Origin: Candidatus Woesearchaeota archaeon
GTDB taxonomy: Archaea > Nanobdellota > Nanobdellia > SCGC-AAA011-G17 > GW2011-AR18
Direction: 5' to 3'
Length of the DNA stretch: 58,072 bases
Assembly (NCBI GenBank): GCA_964524105.1
Contig: CAZGBX010000005.1
Coordinates: forward strand, 3,772-61,843
The notes below the pieces were generated by a model. It saw only the letters and a list, made by a program, of their open reading frames with translations, was not told the DNA's origin and did no database searches. The position numbers were made by a program, and so were the translations under genes. This document shows, one piece after another, positions 46,201 to 55,756 of the stretch. How positions within the stretch are numbered: position 1 is the stretch's first letter; each line of letters opens with the position of its first letter.

Positions 46201-48064
46201 CAGCTAACTTCTTATACATCCTAGCCTGTTCTAAAAGAGCCTCATTAGAAATTGCCCCATCAAAAGTTCTTTTATTAACGTCATCATAAGTTAATCCAGT
46301 TGGAGGGTCTCTAAGTTCAACTAACTGCCTAATAATATCTTCTGCACCTGGTAGATCTTCAAGTGTTCTTCTTGGTGCTTTCTCATCAGTACTTTCACCA
46401 ACAAAAGTACAATAATAACTTTGTTGATAACAACATTTAGTTCCTTGTGACATACACTCCTGATCACTCATTATACTTCCACCTTGTACAAAAGTTCTTA
46501 TTTGATCTTCAGAAAATCCCTTATAAAACCTACACTCATAATTTGGTGCAAAGTTATCACAAATATTTTTTATTTTTCCAACTGAAAAAACATTCACACT
46601 CCCACCCATAATATCCTGTTCCTGTTTTAATTCAAACCTATAACCACCAACAGTTTTAACATCACCAATACTACCCAAGTAAATTGGTTTCACACCAGAA
46701 ACACGACCAAGATTATCAACTTGAAATAAACTAAAAGACTTCTTCCCACTTTCTTCTACAAGGGCAACATAATCACCAGGAGATTTCATTCCATTCAACC
46801 AACCTGTAAAAGTTTCAACATTACTTATTTCTTCATCAACAAAACATCTCTTCCCACGACCATTCAAACTAAGAACAATAAAATCCCCTAAACTTAATTC
46901 AAGAAGATCATCACCCACATTATAATACCCTACATCAGAAGGTTCAATCCCACTACAAAACTCATCAGTACCCCCACCAGGCAAAACAACAACAGTAGCA
47001 ACACCAGTCCCAGTGGGAGTAGCTCCAGAAGAAGGAGCTAAATCACCAGGCAAAACCAAACCCCTTGCATCAGCATATTTCTTCCCAAACTTTTTCATAT
47101 ATTTTTTACTTTGTCTAGCAACACCCTTAGCAATAATCTCTCCTTTCTCACGAGAAACAACAACCATATTTTCCTCATACCTCACATCCCCGGATCCTTC
47201 TAAACTAGTTAAAGTTGCGTCAAAATCAGTAGAGTAAAACATCTCCCTAATTGCCTTTTCAGTCATATACGTCCTCATGTCAGGGTCGTCATGAGACATA
47301 GAACGTATGTTAATCAATTTCTTATTCTCCAAATCAATCTCAAAACTATAATGTAAAATCTGTCCATTCTTAAGTTGAATATCAATATTTGTTACAGAAC
47401 CATCAGCAAAAATACTAGCAGGAGGTTTAACCATACCCAACTCAGGAATAATTTGGTCTTCCATTTCACTCATCAAAAAATTAGTCCAATCTTTTACATT
47501 TAACCCCACACCAACATCCCCACCACTCCCAAAACTCAGAGCACCAGGAGCACTCACTTGCTGTGTAGGGGTCTTGTCTGGTGGTGAAGGAGCAACATCA
47601 GAAGGTTCCGTTTCATCATCAACACTAAAAACATAGTCAGCATCAGAATCCTCTAAAGGACCACCCCAATCACCATCACTTTGATCTGAAGGATCATCTG
47701 GATCAACAGGACCAGAGCTTTCTGTATAACTACAATGGTCCCAATCTGGACAATAAGCAACTACAGCTTTATTTTCAAGAGAAAAATCAAACCTGACACC
47801 ATGCAAACGATACTTTTTAAACTCATTCACCCCAACATCATCATTTAACCTAAAACACTTCTTCGCAAAATAATCACTAGCCCTCAATAAAGCTTCATCC
47901 TCCTGCACAGTAACTGGCATATCCTCATCAAAAGTCACAGCAGCAATACACCCATAACTTCCTTCCATCCGCTGGGCAAATTCAACTAAACTCTCACCAA
48001 CAACCACATTACTAACTAAAAGAATCATACAAAAAATTAAAACCAATTTTATTTTCAAGGACAT
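43235..48064 (-). CDS. Giant (1609 aa) secreted multidomain protein with VanY/M15-like peptidase and alpha/beta-hydrolase motifs
   Basis: Signal peptide MSLKIKLVLIFCMILLVSNVVVG. SAGRSxxxQ, HPQGYAID and EYWH motifs at aa 743-875. FFHG and GHSAGG at aa 1241-1342. Cys-rich modules, and a repeated DADYVFxVDD linker. Confidence 0.85.
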   Translation of the reverse strand: MSLKIKLVLIFCMILLVSNVVVGESLVEFAQRMEGSYGCIAAVTFDEDMPVTVQEDEALLRASDYFAKKCFRLNDDVGVNEFKKYRLHGVRFDFSLENKAVVAYCPDWDHCSYTESSGPVDPDDPSDQSDGDWGGPLEDSDADYVFSVDDETEPSDVAPSPPDKTPTQQVSAPGALSFGSGGDVGVGLNVKDWTNFLMSEMEDQIIPELGMVKPPASIFADGSVTNIDIQLKNGQILHYSFEIDLENKKLINIRSMSHDDPDMRTYMTEKAIREMFYSTDFDATLTSLEGSGDVRYEENMVVVSREKGEIIAKGVARQSKKYMKKFGKKYADARGLVLPGDLAPSSGATPTGTGVATVVVLPGGGTDEFCSGIEPSDVGYYNVGDDLLELSLGDFIVLSLNGRGKRCFVDEEISNVETFTGWLNGMKSPGDYVALVEESGKKSFSLFQVDNLGRVSGVKPIYLGSIGDVKTVGGYRFELKQEQDIMGGSVNVFSVGKIKNICDNFAPNYECRFYKGFSEDQIRTFVQGGSIMSDQECMSQGTKCCYQQSYYCTFVGESTDEKAPRRTLEDLPGAEDIIRQLVELRDPPTGLTYDDVNKRTFDGAISNEALLEQARMYKKLAELRRIHEGTVSLIEEKTIRRVPIEREPEPEPEQEYDEDGEPVTSPIEFEEPDFDNIQTSGDCKGFPGNFVNFKGNKYIRCSTYKGKCCMLPHVKAKLDSMKIDKDFIDNLEVNGYGSLKVISAGRSEKTQSRAFMRYLGGGDTACGPKFSVSRGSIRRKVSAYISSTPGLSNSSKSARLTAVKSWLKTTEGSKYKDKIEDLKSYKHCLHPQGYAIDVQPAKKLGKVKTDIDEQNKYRRMMCDHGWINWLGEYWHYVFGGSDWKKSLGLGRCVYGNVNRDFNHGFGDDVVKYPVELDKWDITKPGAFGVKEAVTCSSCQSGGKTCSRSACDYISGKIGNSCVWKPIKSDKFFNKAFGREGKCIRKKDAWVIEVDKPAGSGDFIFSIPENLGNVDDEKTYSTRFKKIGDVKFGEIDDDGWYILLTYESEVYKFYAFRVDDEKLVSGTKQELGVAENKIYKIVLERDGDQVTFRSFRARSFGNSFVVNLGEEQEVHVSEFEGGLSGTSTSGPFDDADADYVFDVDDGTDPGPGSTGGPDPTSILTGGDSEPWIIVAEGNALEATKVKWLSALDSKGVTGRTWIGKLESNGPGDNFNMPAEGRETIIFVPQETNLNQPFEIMYFFHGIYGFDVDMEERLAPQIEYMVNNQNRNFVLVFPELPWSAGTNKEPRRALSRQKTLLRKNDDEGIDLLELQSEVKVILAQKFGMIQDQSSFISMTGHSAGGAVLWWAAQSGDLNRINPHKITFSDSDYYGATQLVWDKLVSKNFGYELNLLVLPPGRTGAAALPTENAVRFITREFGNKDFTQQHYLGNRVNYVPVTVDHVTLGRISLAWLSGRPPSEGRIPLRDFASAPEPVVPPADTGADVEEMDFAPEGFDDGDPDLREFQMEVGDAVKLAGVVSFVGHVNNWGAADPGDYLLYSGNNVGANMLVFTRIKVQPGLPWIHQRVDVEPMETFSYDTPHGIYEIYSDFGDPAIHGADRNPVYIKMIQ

Positions 48065-49401
48065 TGTTCAGTTCCTATTGTCAAAGTACCAACAGCCTTA
48101 GCATCAGGACCATTCATCCAAGCATAAGGCGCAATACCTTCACTATCTAAATCATCACGCCTTGCAAAGTTAATCCTACATCCTGTTTGTTGCGCAGCAG
48201 TACTTTCATCTCCAAGTTCAAGCAAGAACCTAATAACAGATAACGCATTCTTTCTCACTTCAACATCATCAAGACTATCTAATCCAACAGCAGGTGAAGC
48301 ACCAACAGCCATCTCATAACCTTTATGTGACCATGAAGGCTGACTTACAACACCCGGATAAGTATTACCAAGGACAGGATCACCAAGAGCCAATCTATTC
48401 TTAGCAATACCAAGTATTGTTCCTTTCTCTTCTTTAGTTGTGTCAGGCGTAGTTTCAAATCCTAACATCTGTGTTAAATGTTCAACATTATTATTATTCA
48501 ACCCAAATTTAGCAATAACATTCCTAACTTGATCAGGTGTAACATCAGCAGGATTGTTTCTAACTAAAACATCTAAGTCTTCACGACTAATTGGAACCCT
48601 TTCCTCTTCAATAACCCTATTAACAATTTGAACTCCTCTTGCCTCACCGTGTGTACTAGCATACTCATTAATCATTTGTTCTAATCTTTGCAACAAAGCC
48701 CTTTTCCTATCATTCAATCCAAACAAAGCTTTCCTAGCTTTAGCAACTTCTATTGTATCTAACTTATCTTTAGCTTTCTCAAACAAACTCTTCTCAATAT
48801 CATCACTAACTTCAAGATCATTAACCCTCACAGACTTCCTTTGTATCCAACAACTTCCAAGTTCACCACCACACTCTCCAACTTTAGCCCACTCATTAAC
48901 AGGACCAGGAACAATTGGATTACAAACCCTAACTAAACCTGTTGAAAAAGCACCATACTTTTCAGGGAAAGGTAAAGTAGCAGAACCAACACTCAGAGAA
49001 CTATACCTATCATTAGTAATACACTCTTCAGCAGAACCAATATCTTGTGTAACTTGATTCCTTACAGCCAAATCAGTTAACTCATTAAAAGCAAAAGACG
49101 AAGTTACTTTTCCAAACCCACATTGAGGATCATGTCCAGTTATATGTATACAAATCTCATTATAACCTTCACGAGCAGCAGTTTGTACAGTTTGTTGAAC
49201 ATACTTTCCCTTCTCAACATTCAAGTATTGTCTCCCATCACTATTTGGATTAGTTGCAACAAATAAAGGTGGTAATCCTAACTGATCATTCTTCAAATAA
49301 ACAGTAAATTTCAAAGGTTCTTTATGTACACCACCTAACTGTTGCGGACTACCTAACAAACTTTCACTTGAAGGATAACCAGTCCCGGCATAAATATGAT
49401 A
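48055..49401 (-). CDS. Secreted or anchored ~448-aa protein of the giant-protein operon (start uncertain)
   Basis: The ATG at 49401 gives MFKVLGLILIYHIYAGTG, which is signal-like. The ORF is open to 49476 and overlaps the upstream gene. Its stop overlaps the next start (ATGTCCTTGA). Confidence 0.65.
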   Translation of the reverse strand, partial: YHIYAGTGYPSSESLLGSPQQLGGVHKEPLKFTVYLKNDQLGLPPLFVATNPNSDGRQYLNVEKGKYVQQTVQTAAREGYNEICIHITGHDPQCGFGKVTSSFAFNELTDLAVRNQVTQDIGSAEECITNDRYSSLSVGSATLPFPEKYGAFSTGLVRVCNPIVPGPVNEWAKVGECGGELGSCWIQRKSVRVNDLEVSDDIEKSLFEKAKDKLDTIEVAKARKALFGLNDRKRALLQRLEQMINEYASTHGEARGVQIVNRVIEEERVPISREDLDVLVRNNPADVTPDQVRNVIAKFGLNNNNVEHLTQMLGFETTPDTTKEEKGTILGIAKNRLALGDPVLGNTYPGVVSQPSWSHKGYEMAVGASPAVGLDSLDDVEVRKNALSVIRFLLELGDESTAAQQTGCRINFARRDDLDSEGIAPYAWMNGPDAKAVGTLTIGTEQCP

Positions 49402-52400
49402 GATCAGTATTAAACCCAACACCTTGAACATTAAACGGAATGTCTCCGACCTCTTCAACATAAGGTGCAGTATCAAAGAACGCTGTATACTGCGGTGGAT
49501 TCTCTGGTTCAGATAACTGATCTAATATGTCACCAAAACTAGGGGGCTTACCATACACAGACATTCTACAAATCTGCGAACCAATCTCTTCTGTAGACTG
49601 CCCTTTGTAAGCTGCTAAAAACGTGTTACTATATTCAGTTGTAAAGTAATTAAATGATTCTCCAACATTATTCATACTAGATTGGAAAGTTAAATACTCA
49701 ACCCCACCTTCAGGTTCACCAAACGCATTATCAGATAACCAATCAATTATTCCACCACGAATTTGTAAAATATGTATTGCTTCTCTCCAAACCATCTCAC
49801 ACATTCCTACAGACCTAATGTAATCACAAACCCCAATATCACCTTCTCCAGCTAAAGAAGTTTCTAAACAATCAACATAACCTTGTAATACACTTTGTAA
49901 GTTTTTCAAACCAGCAGATATTCCTGTTAAACAAACAGGCACCATTACCCCTTGCTTATGGTTAGGTAAACAAAGTAAAGTTGACCCAACAATTCCAGAC
50001 TGAATAACATTATCAACTTTAACTCTTCCACCTAAAGTACATCTTGAAGAAGGACACATAACAGGATCACAAGCATTAAACAACAACTTACAATCTGAAG
50101 GATCCATTACATCAGCACAAGACGGTGCAAACCGATCAGTTAAGATATTCACTTGTTCCATACTACAAACAATATCCCTTCCTAAAGTCACAGTATTATC
50201 TAACCCACCTAAAACCTCTCCTTCTTTAGAACAACGCCTAGCAGAATTAATCTTATCATCATAATATCCTTTCTTTGGATGGTACCTTATTGCATCCCAA
50301 GTATAAACTGACTTATCATCTCCCCCACCACCACAATCAATAACTCCATTCATTCCAACATTCATAACTCTATACTTATCAACAGAACCTGAATTAAACC
50401 TGTTCAGCACTTCAACATATTCCCCATTTCCAGTAGGATAACATACTGCCTTCCCTGAAGTATCATACTGTGCAAAGATTCCCTTGTTCCCAGTATCAGA
50501 AGAAACCTGTGCAGTATAATCATTAGAAGTTACTCTTCCACCTTCACCAGACACAGCGGTCTTATACAAAGTAACACCCGGCCTTGGAACCTTAACAACA
50601 ATAGGATTTCCATCTACAACAACATTCTTATTATCAAGTTCCCCAGCTTTAGCATAAATCTGTTCATTCCGTTCAGTAACAGCAGGAGTGTTTGACATTT
50701 GTCTTAATCTTCTATTAGCCGCCCGGGCATCAGTAGGTGGACCTTCAACACTAATTCCAACACTCCTTTCTAATTTGGCAAAGTCTCCATCTTCTCGCAC
50801 AAGACCCATCCCAAGCTCAGTCACAGGCACAAGATCATAAGTTGCAGGAGGTCCAACCTCAGGAGTAACAAAACCAACTGGCTTATCTGCAATTCCATCT
50901 TTGAAAACCACAGAATTCAAAGTTCTAAACTTAACTCCGTAATCATCTTCAACTTCATACTCATCTTTACTTTGTATGGCAGTCAAGTAAGCATCAACAG
51001 CAGCTTTCTGATCACCACCAAAAGTCGCACGATTCTCATTATAATATTTCACAGCATTATCATAATGTTGTATTCTCACATGGTACTGCAAAGGATCAAA
51101 CTTACTTTTAACAAACTTATAATACTCATCATCCTCACCTAAAGAATCTTTTAACAAATCAATACGCCTTGCTGTCCTACACTCATCAACATTTCCATTA
51201 GCTTTCAAATACTTAGCACAATCATGATTACTTGATTTCAACTTCTCAACAGTTCCATACTTTCCAAACTCATTATCAACATTTTCAATAATCTCTTGTT
51301 CAGACTTAACCCTGTTTTTAATATCATCCATGTTCTCCTCAGACAAGTAACACTCATCATAAGTTTGATAAGCACCCCGCCTACCAACTTGAGTTTTACA
51401 CTTCTCTTTAGCATACTCCATTACAGAACGCCTTGCTAAGTTCCTACCTGGACCACCCAAGAAAGAATTCTTAACAGTCAAAGTTACAAAAGTAAGTATA
51501 CAAGTCCTCTTCCAAAACTTAATTATCTTATCTAATCTATCAAGCACACCCTGCATGTCCCCGATAATTTCCTTTGTCTTAGCAATCTGACTTTCCATTT
51601 GTTCAGGTGTAAACTCAAACAACCTTGGATCAACAGGAATATGCACTTTGAAATTAGAATGTGCTATTGCATTATCACTTCCAGGAATAACAGAAACATA
51701 AGCTTCATTCTTAACATCAATATCCTCAACAAAAACACTTACTTCATAAGCTTGTTTTTTCTCCCGTATTATGTTCATAGTATTTTCACTCTTATACTCA
51801 AGTATTTTCTCTTCACTTAACAAGAAAGTCTGTGAATTAGAAAACCCAGACAAATAATTTTTAGGATCAAATTCTTTTCCATCAAAATGATATTTCCTCA
51901 AAGTAACAGAACCTGGAGTTATCTTGTAAACTCTCCACTGATAATTCTTTCCTTCTTCAGAGAAAAAAGAATGTTTATCAACAACTTCATAAGCACTACC
52001 CAAATCCACAACACCATTCAAGTTAACAGTTCTTGAAGGACCACGATTAACTTTCAAAGAAACAAATCCCTTATCTTTATCTTCCAAAACCCTAACTTCT
52101 CTCAAGTTCATGTGCATACTTTCATCATTCAAGTATAAACTTCCACCAGAAGAAACAACTTGTCCCCTTAACCGAGTCATAAGTGCAGGGTCTGCAGCCC
52201 CCATTGCTTCTAACTTCTTGGCATAAAAGAAAGCAAGATCCTTCAAATCTTTTTTATAAGAAACACACCTTGGGTCACCTGGAGCAGGTGAGTCAGCGGG
52301 CATACAACCAGCAAAAGTAATCTGCCCATTCTCATAAAGATCAACAATCTGTTCAAGTGCATAGCCCACCTCAGTTCCACCAGTAGAAATATAAGTTTGG

Positions 52401-53746
52401 AACAACCTTAAAGCCCTACAACCAAAACTTGGATCACCAACAACAACAGCCGGACAATACTTCCCTTCTAAAACATCAACTTCATCTTGACTAAGTTCTG
52501 TAGGAGTAATAGTAACAGTTTCCTCACCCAACTTCAAAAAATCTTTCGTCACAACTTTCTTAGTCCCACCATTCCTTAAAATCACAGTATGAGTAACTTT
52601 CTTAACTTCATTATCAGCATAACCAGCAACTAAAGCTTGTGTTTCATCATCCAATTCAAAAATCTCACCAGCCCTAGCTTTACCAATACTAGTTGGTGGA
52701 GAAATATCAACAGAAGAAACAATCCAATTAGAACCATAATATAACTTCTTCCCACGATTAACTTTCACTTGACTACTAACACCCTTTTGTGTAACATCAA
52801 ACACAGCCATATCATCGGGAGTCACAATATCATTTAATCTTACTCTAAACTGATCTCTAAAAGGATCACCAGTATCACCCAAAGATAAAACAGGACTATA
52901 ATCACCTGGAGTTAATCTAAACGTTGGCCTTACACCCTGATCTAACCTTCCAGAACCAGGCATAACTCTCCCTTGTGAAGAGGGCATATAAGTTTGCAAA
53001 GTTGGATAAATTGTCCCATAATGTCTATCATAAACTGCTATTGTAGCAGAACCATCACTAACATCAATTGCATTCACATAACCACGCCCAGAAAAGAACG
53101 GATTTTGTTCATAAGCATTAGCACTTAAGAATCCACTTTCATCCATTTGTTTTACTAAAAGATCTTGTCTAGTCATTCCAAAAACATTTCCAACATCAAA
53201 ATCAAATCTTATCTCAGCATTCATATCTAAAGTTATAACATTGTTAGTAACATTCTCTAACAAAGCTTTTCCTTTAGCATCTAACCTTTTCAAATCAACA
53301 ATCAAGTAACCTAAATCCCCCATAGAATAATCTTCCCTTTTTAATGGAATATAATAAGGATTCCTTACAACAAAATCAGAACTTCCGTTCATAGTAACTG
53401 TCATCTGTTTAATTGGTGGAAAAGTTCCAACCCCTGTAACAGAACCAGTACTAACTTTAGTACTAGAAATCCTTCCAGCCAAAGTATCTAAACTTTCACC
53501 ACGTAAAGAAACAAACACAGGCACACCCTCCTGTTCTAAATGAGATTGCCTAATCATCTTAGGCTCGTAATCATCAACATTAACAACAATCAATTCCCCA
53601 ACATCAGTTGGCTCACCACCAAACAATCCAGACTCCATAAAACCTTTTGCTTCATCTCGCTCATAAGGCTGCTCATACTGTGCAACAACAATTGGCATAC
53701 TGATTATCAAAACCATACAAATTATAGTCAAAAATTTCTTCATCAT
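49364..53746 (-). CDS. Giant (1460 aa) secreted protein with Cys-rich C-terminal region, no recognised family
   Basis: Signal peptide MMKKFLTIICMVLIISMPIVVAQ. About 20 Cys residues are concentrated at 49780-50340. ATGA overlap with the upstream gene. Confidence 0.85.
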   Translation of the reverse strand: MMKKFLTIICMVLIISMPIVVAQYEQPYERDEAKGFMESGLFGGEPTDVGELIVVNVDDYEPKMIRQSHLEQEGVPVFVSLRGESLDTLAGRISSTKVSTGSVTGVGTFPPIKQMTVTMNGSSDFVVRNPYYIPLKREDYSMGDLGYLIVDLKRLDAKGKALLENVTNNVITLDMNAEIRFDFDVGNVFGMTRQDLLVKQMDESGFLSANAYEQNPFFSGRGYVNAIDVSDGSATIAVYDRHYGTIYPTLQTYMPSSQGRVMPGSGRLDQGVRPTFRLTPGDYSPVLSLGDTGDPFRDQFRVRLNDIVTPDDMAVFDVTQKGVSSQVKVNRGKKLYYGSNWIVSSVDISPPTSIGKARAGEIFELDDETQALVAGYADNEVKKVTHTVILRNGGTKKVVTKDFLKLGEETVTITPTELSQDEVDVLEGKYCPAVVVGDPSFGCRALRLFQTYISTGGTEVGYALEQIVDLYENGQITFAGCMPADSPAPGDPRCVSYKKDLKDLAFFYAKKLEAMGAADPALMTRLRGQVVSSGGSLYLNDESMHMNLREVRVLEDKDKGFVSLKVNRGPSRTVNLNGVVDLGSAYEVVDKHSFFSEEGKNYQWRVYKITPGSVTLRKYHFDGKEFDPKNYLSGFSNSQTFLLSEEKILEYKSENTMNIIREKKQAYEVSVFVEDIDVKNEAYVSVIPGSDNAIAHSNFKVHIPVDPRLFEFTPEQMESQIAKTKEIIGDMQGVLDRLDKIIKFWKRTCILTFVTLTVKNSFLGGPGRNLARRSVMEYAKEKCKTQVGRRGAYQTYDECYLSEENMDDIKNRVKSEQEIIENVDNEFGKYGTVEKLKSSNHDCAKYLKANGNVDECRTARRIDLLKDSLGEDDEYYKFVKSKFDPLQYHVRIQHYDNAVKYYNENRATFGGDQKAAVDAYLTAIQSKDEYEVEDDYGVKFRTLNSVVFKDGIADKPVGFVTPEVGPPATYDLVPVTELGMGLVREDGDFAKLERSVGISVEGPPTDARAANRRLRQMSNTPAVTERNEQIYAKAGELDNKNVVVDGNPIVVKVPRPGVTLYKTAVSGEGGRVTSNDYTAQVSSDTGNKGIFAQYDTSGKAVCYPTGNGEYVEVLNRFNSGSVDKYRVMNVGMNGVIDCGGGGDDKSVYTWDAIRYHPKKGYYDDKINSARRCSKEGEVLGGLDNTVTLGRDIVCSMEQVNILTDRFAPSCADVMDPSDCKLLFNACDPVMCPSSRCTLGGRVKVDNVIQSGIVGSTLLCLPNHKQGVMVPVCLTGISAGLKNLQSVLQGYVDCLETSLAGEGDIGVCDYIRSVGMCEMVWREAIHILQIRGGIIDWLSDNAFGEPEGGVEYLTFQSSMNNVGESFNYFTTEYSNTFLAAYKGQSTEEIGSQICRMSVYGKPPSFGDILDQLSEPENPPQYTAFFDTAPYVEEVGDIPFNVQGVGFNTDLSYLCRDWLSFK

Positions 53747-55734
53747 ATTACTGGATACTTAAACGCCGGATCTTTATCATTCTCTTCTACTGCAAGAGAT
53801 AAAGCCATCATACCTTCTAAATCTCCAGGGACAGGATTAACCATTGTATAAACAGTCAAATCATTTCCTGAAGCTAAGTCACTTTGCTCAAGATCAAACT
53901 CAAAGTCAACCCCACCTTTCAAAGCATAATCTAATTCAAACGATTCCATTTCAACTTCAAAACACTTTTCAGTTTCTCTCCCAAAGAACCCTAACACACC
54001 ACCAGAATTTACATCAACACAATTCTTTATTGTTTCTTTTGGAGTTGTAACAGGCCAAGTTGATTCCCCAACCACATAAGACGACACAGTATAGTGCCCT
54101 TCAACTAAGTCAATCACCATATCATCTGGAAAAGATGCACGACCAACAAACCCATTATCATTAACAAAATCAAAAGTTACTTGCTCATCATCATAAGGTT
54201 GCCTAACCTCACCTGAATTCTTATCAATAACTAACATCTTCACATCTTTTGTATAAATTTTATCTAATACAACATCCACACTTGTCAACTCACCAGTATT
54301 AGTTGAAACATCATAAGTCTTTCCCCTATAAAACCCTTCTTTTTCAGCCTCAATAATCCCATTCACACAACCTGGAACTCTAGCAACTAACCCACCATTA
54401 GTACTGTCACCTAAGTCACACCTTGCAGGGTAACATTTGTAATACACAGTAGCACCATTTAATGATTTATAATTTCCAGACGCATCATAATACTTAACTC
54501 CAACATCTAAATCAGCTTGTGGATTATCACAAATAATATTCTCACCTGTATCTTCAAGTAAAGGTTCAAAACTATTCTTTCTAGGTTGATTATTATCAAT
54601 TATTACTTCAGTTACAAAGTTGAAAACATAACCAGTATTTTTATCCTTCAAAGTTACTAAGACAGGATATTTAATATCATAAATAAAATGATGACTTGAC
54701 AAACAAAAGAAAGAAGATAACACACTAGTCATAAAACCACTTGTCCCCTTACTCATAGAATCACCTTGTAACACATCACCTTTTGAAGGTTCAACTTCAA
54801 CATAAGTTGGCCACGATGGTGAATACATAAAACTCACAGATAAATCATCATCAGAATCATCTAAAGCCTCAACTTCAAAGTAATCTTGAACATTAGTGTA
54901 AGATGTACCTTTAACCCTTAAAGAAGCAACATTACTTTGTAAGATCTCTTTAAACCTTGCAATGACTTCAGTCTTTGACCATACTTTCTCATAACATTCC
55001 ATATCAATTCCTGAATAAGGAACTTCTTCATCATAAGCAATTAACATTTCAATTGTTTTCTTCTCTAAGAACAGACCTTCATTTTCAGCTTCCATAATTT
55101 CAACCGCATTATCATACAACCTTCCTAAAGGAACTTCTGACCTACCAAGATGATTCTCTAAAAGGAACTCAACATCTTTTATTTTAACATTCACAGGATA
55201 ATCAACAATCACATCCACAGTTTCATCCAAGATACTAACTTTAATATCAATGTCAGTTGTTTCAGAAGTAAACCTATACTTATTCATATCATTTAACATA
55301 AGTAAACACTGATCAAAATTATCAACAACATAATCACCTAATTGTTTTTCCATATCTCTTTTCAAAGGAACATTAGTAACTTGTTCCCCAGTTGGCCTTT
55401 CCCTAAACCAAACTGGTACAGCCAAACCAGGAAGTATTTCTAAATTACTAGACAAAGGAACAAAAATATTAGTCAAAAACTTTTCTTCTGGAGCTTCAAT
55501 ATAACCACCTGAAATCCCCAACTTATCAACACCCTGCCTAGTCAAATCATTAACACAAGAATCCAAAACTTGAGCAACAGGTTTTACTTCTTCAGGCAGT
55601 CTAGAATGTAAATCTAATTGCGAATCTAAGTCTCCAGAAACAAACCAAAACTTATAAGCTAAAAGACCAGCAACAATAACAAGAATCACTATTCCAATAA
55701 CTACAAAAGTTGTTACTTGCCCCCTCTTTTCCAT
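53743..55734 (-). CDS. 663-aa surface protein with prepilin-like (class III) signal peptide, first gene of the operon
   Basis: MEKRGQVTTFVVIGIVILVIVAGLL has a charged KRG, then Q, then a hydrophobic stretch. The protein is acidic and beta-rich, with a possible CarboxypepD_reg-like module. TATA box 23 nt upstream. Confidence 0.8.
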   Translation of the reverse strand: MEKRGQVTTFVVIGIVILVIVAGLLAYKFWFVSGDLDSQLDLHSRLPEEVKPVAQVLDSCVNDLTRQGVDKLGISGGYIEAPEEKFLTNIFVPLSSNLEILPGLAVPVWFRERPTGEQVTNVPLKRDMEKQLGDYVVDNFDQCLLMLNDMNKYRFTSETTDIDIKVSILDETVDVIVDYPVNVKIKDVEFLLENHLGRSEVPLGRLYDNAVEIMEAENEGLFLEKKTIEMLIAYDEEVPYSGIDMECYEKVWSKTEVIARFKEILQSNVASLRVKGTSYTNVQDYFEVEALDDSDDDLSVSFMYSPSWPTYVEVEPSKGDVLQGDSMSKGTSGFMTSVLSSFFCLSSHHFIYDIKYPVLVTLKDKNTGYVFNFVTEVIIDNNQPRKNSFEPLLEDTGENIICDNPQADLDVGVKYYDASGNYKSLNGATVYYKCYPARCDLGDSTNGGLVARVPGCVNGIIEAEKEGFYRGKTYDVSTNTGELTSVDVVLDKIYTKDVKMLVIDKNSGEVRQPYDDEQVTFDFVNDNGFVGRASFPDDMVIDLVEGHYTVSSYVVGESTWPVTTPKETIKNCVDVNSGGVLGFFGRETEKCFEVEMESFELDYALKGGVDFEFDLEQSDLASGNDLTVYTMVNPVPGDLEGMMALSLAVEENDKDPAFKYPVI

Positions 55735-55756
55735 AACAAAAAATCTAATTTTACCA

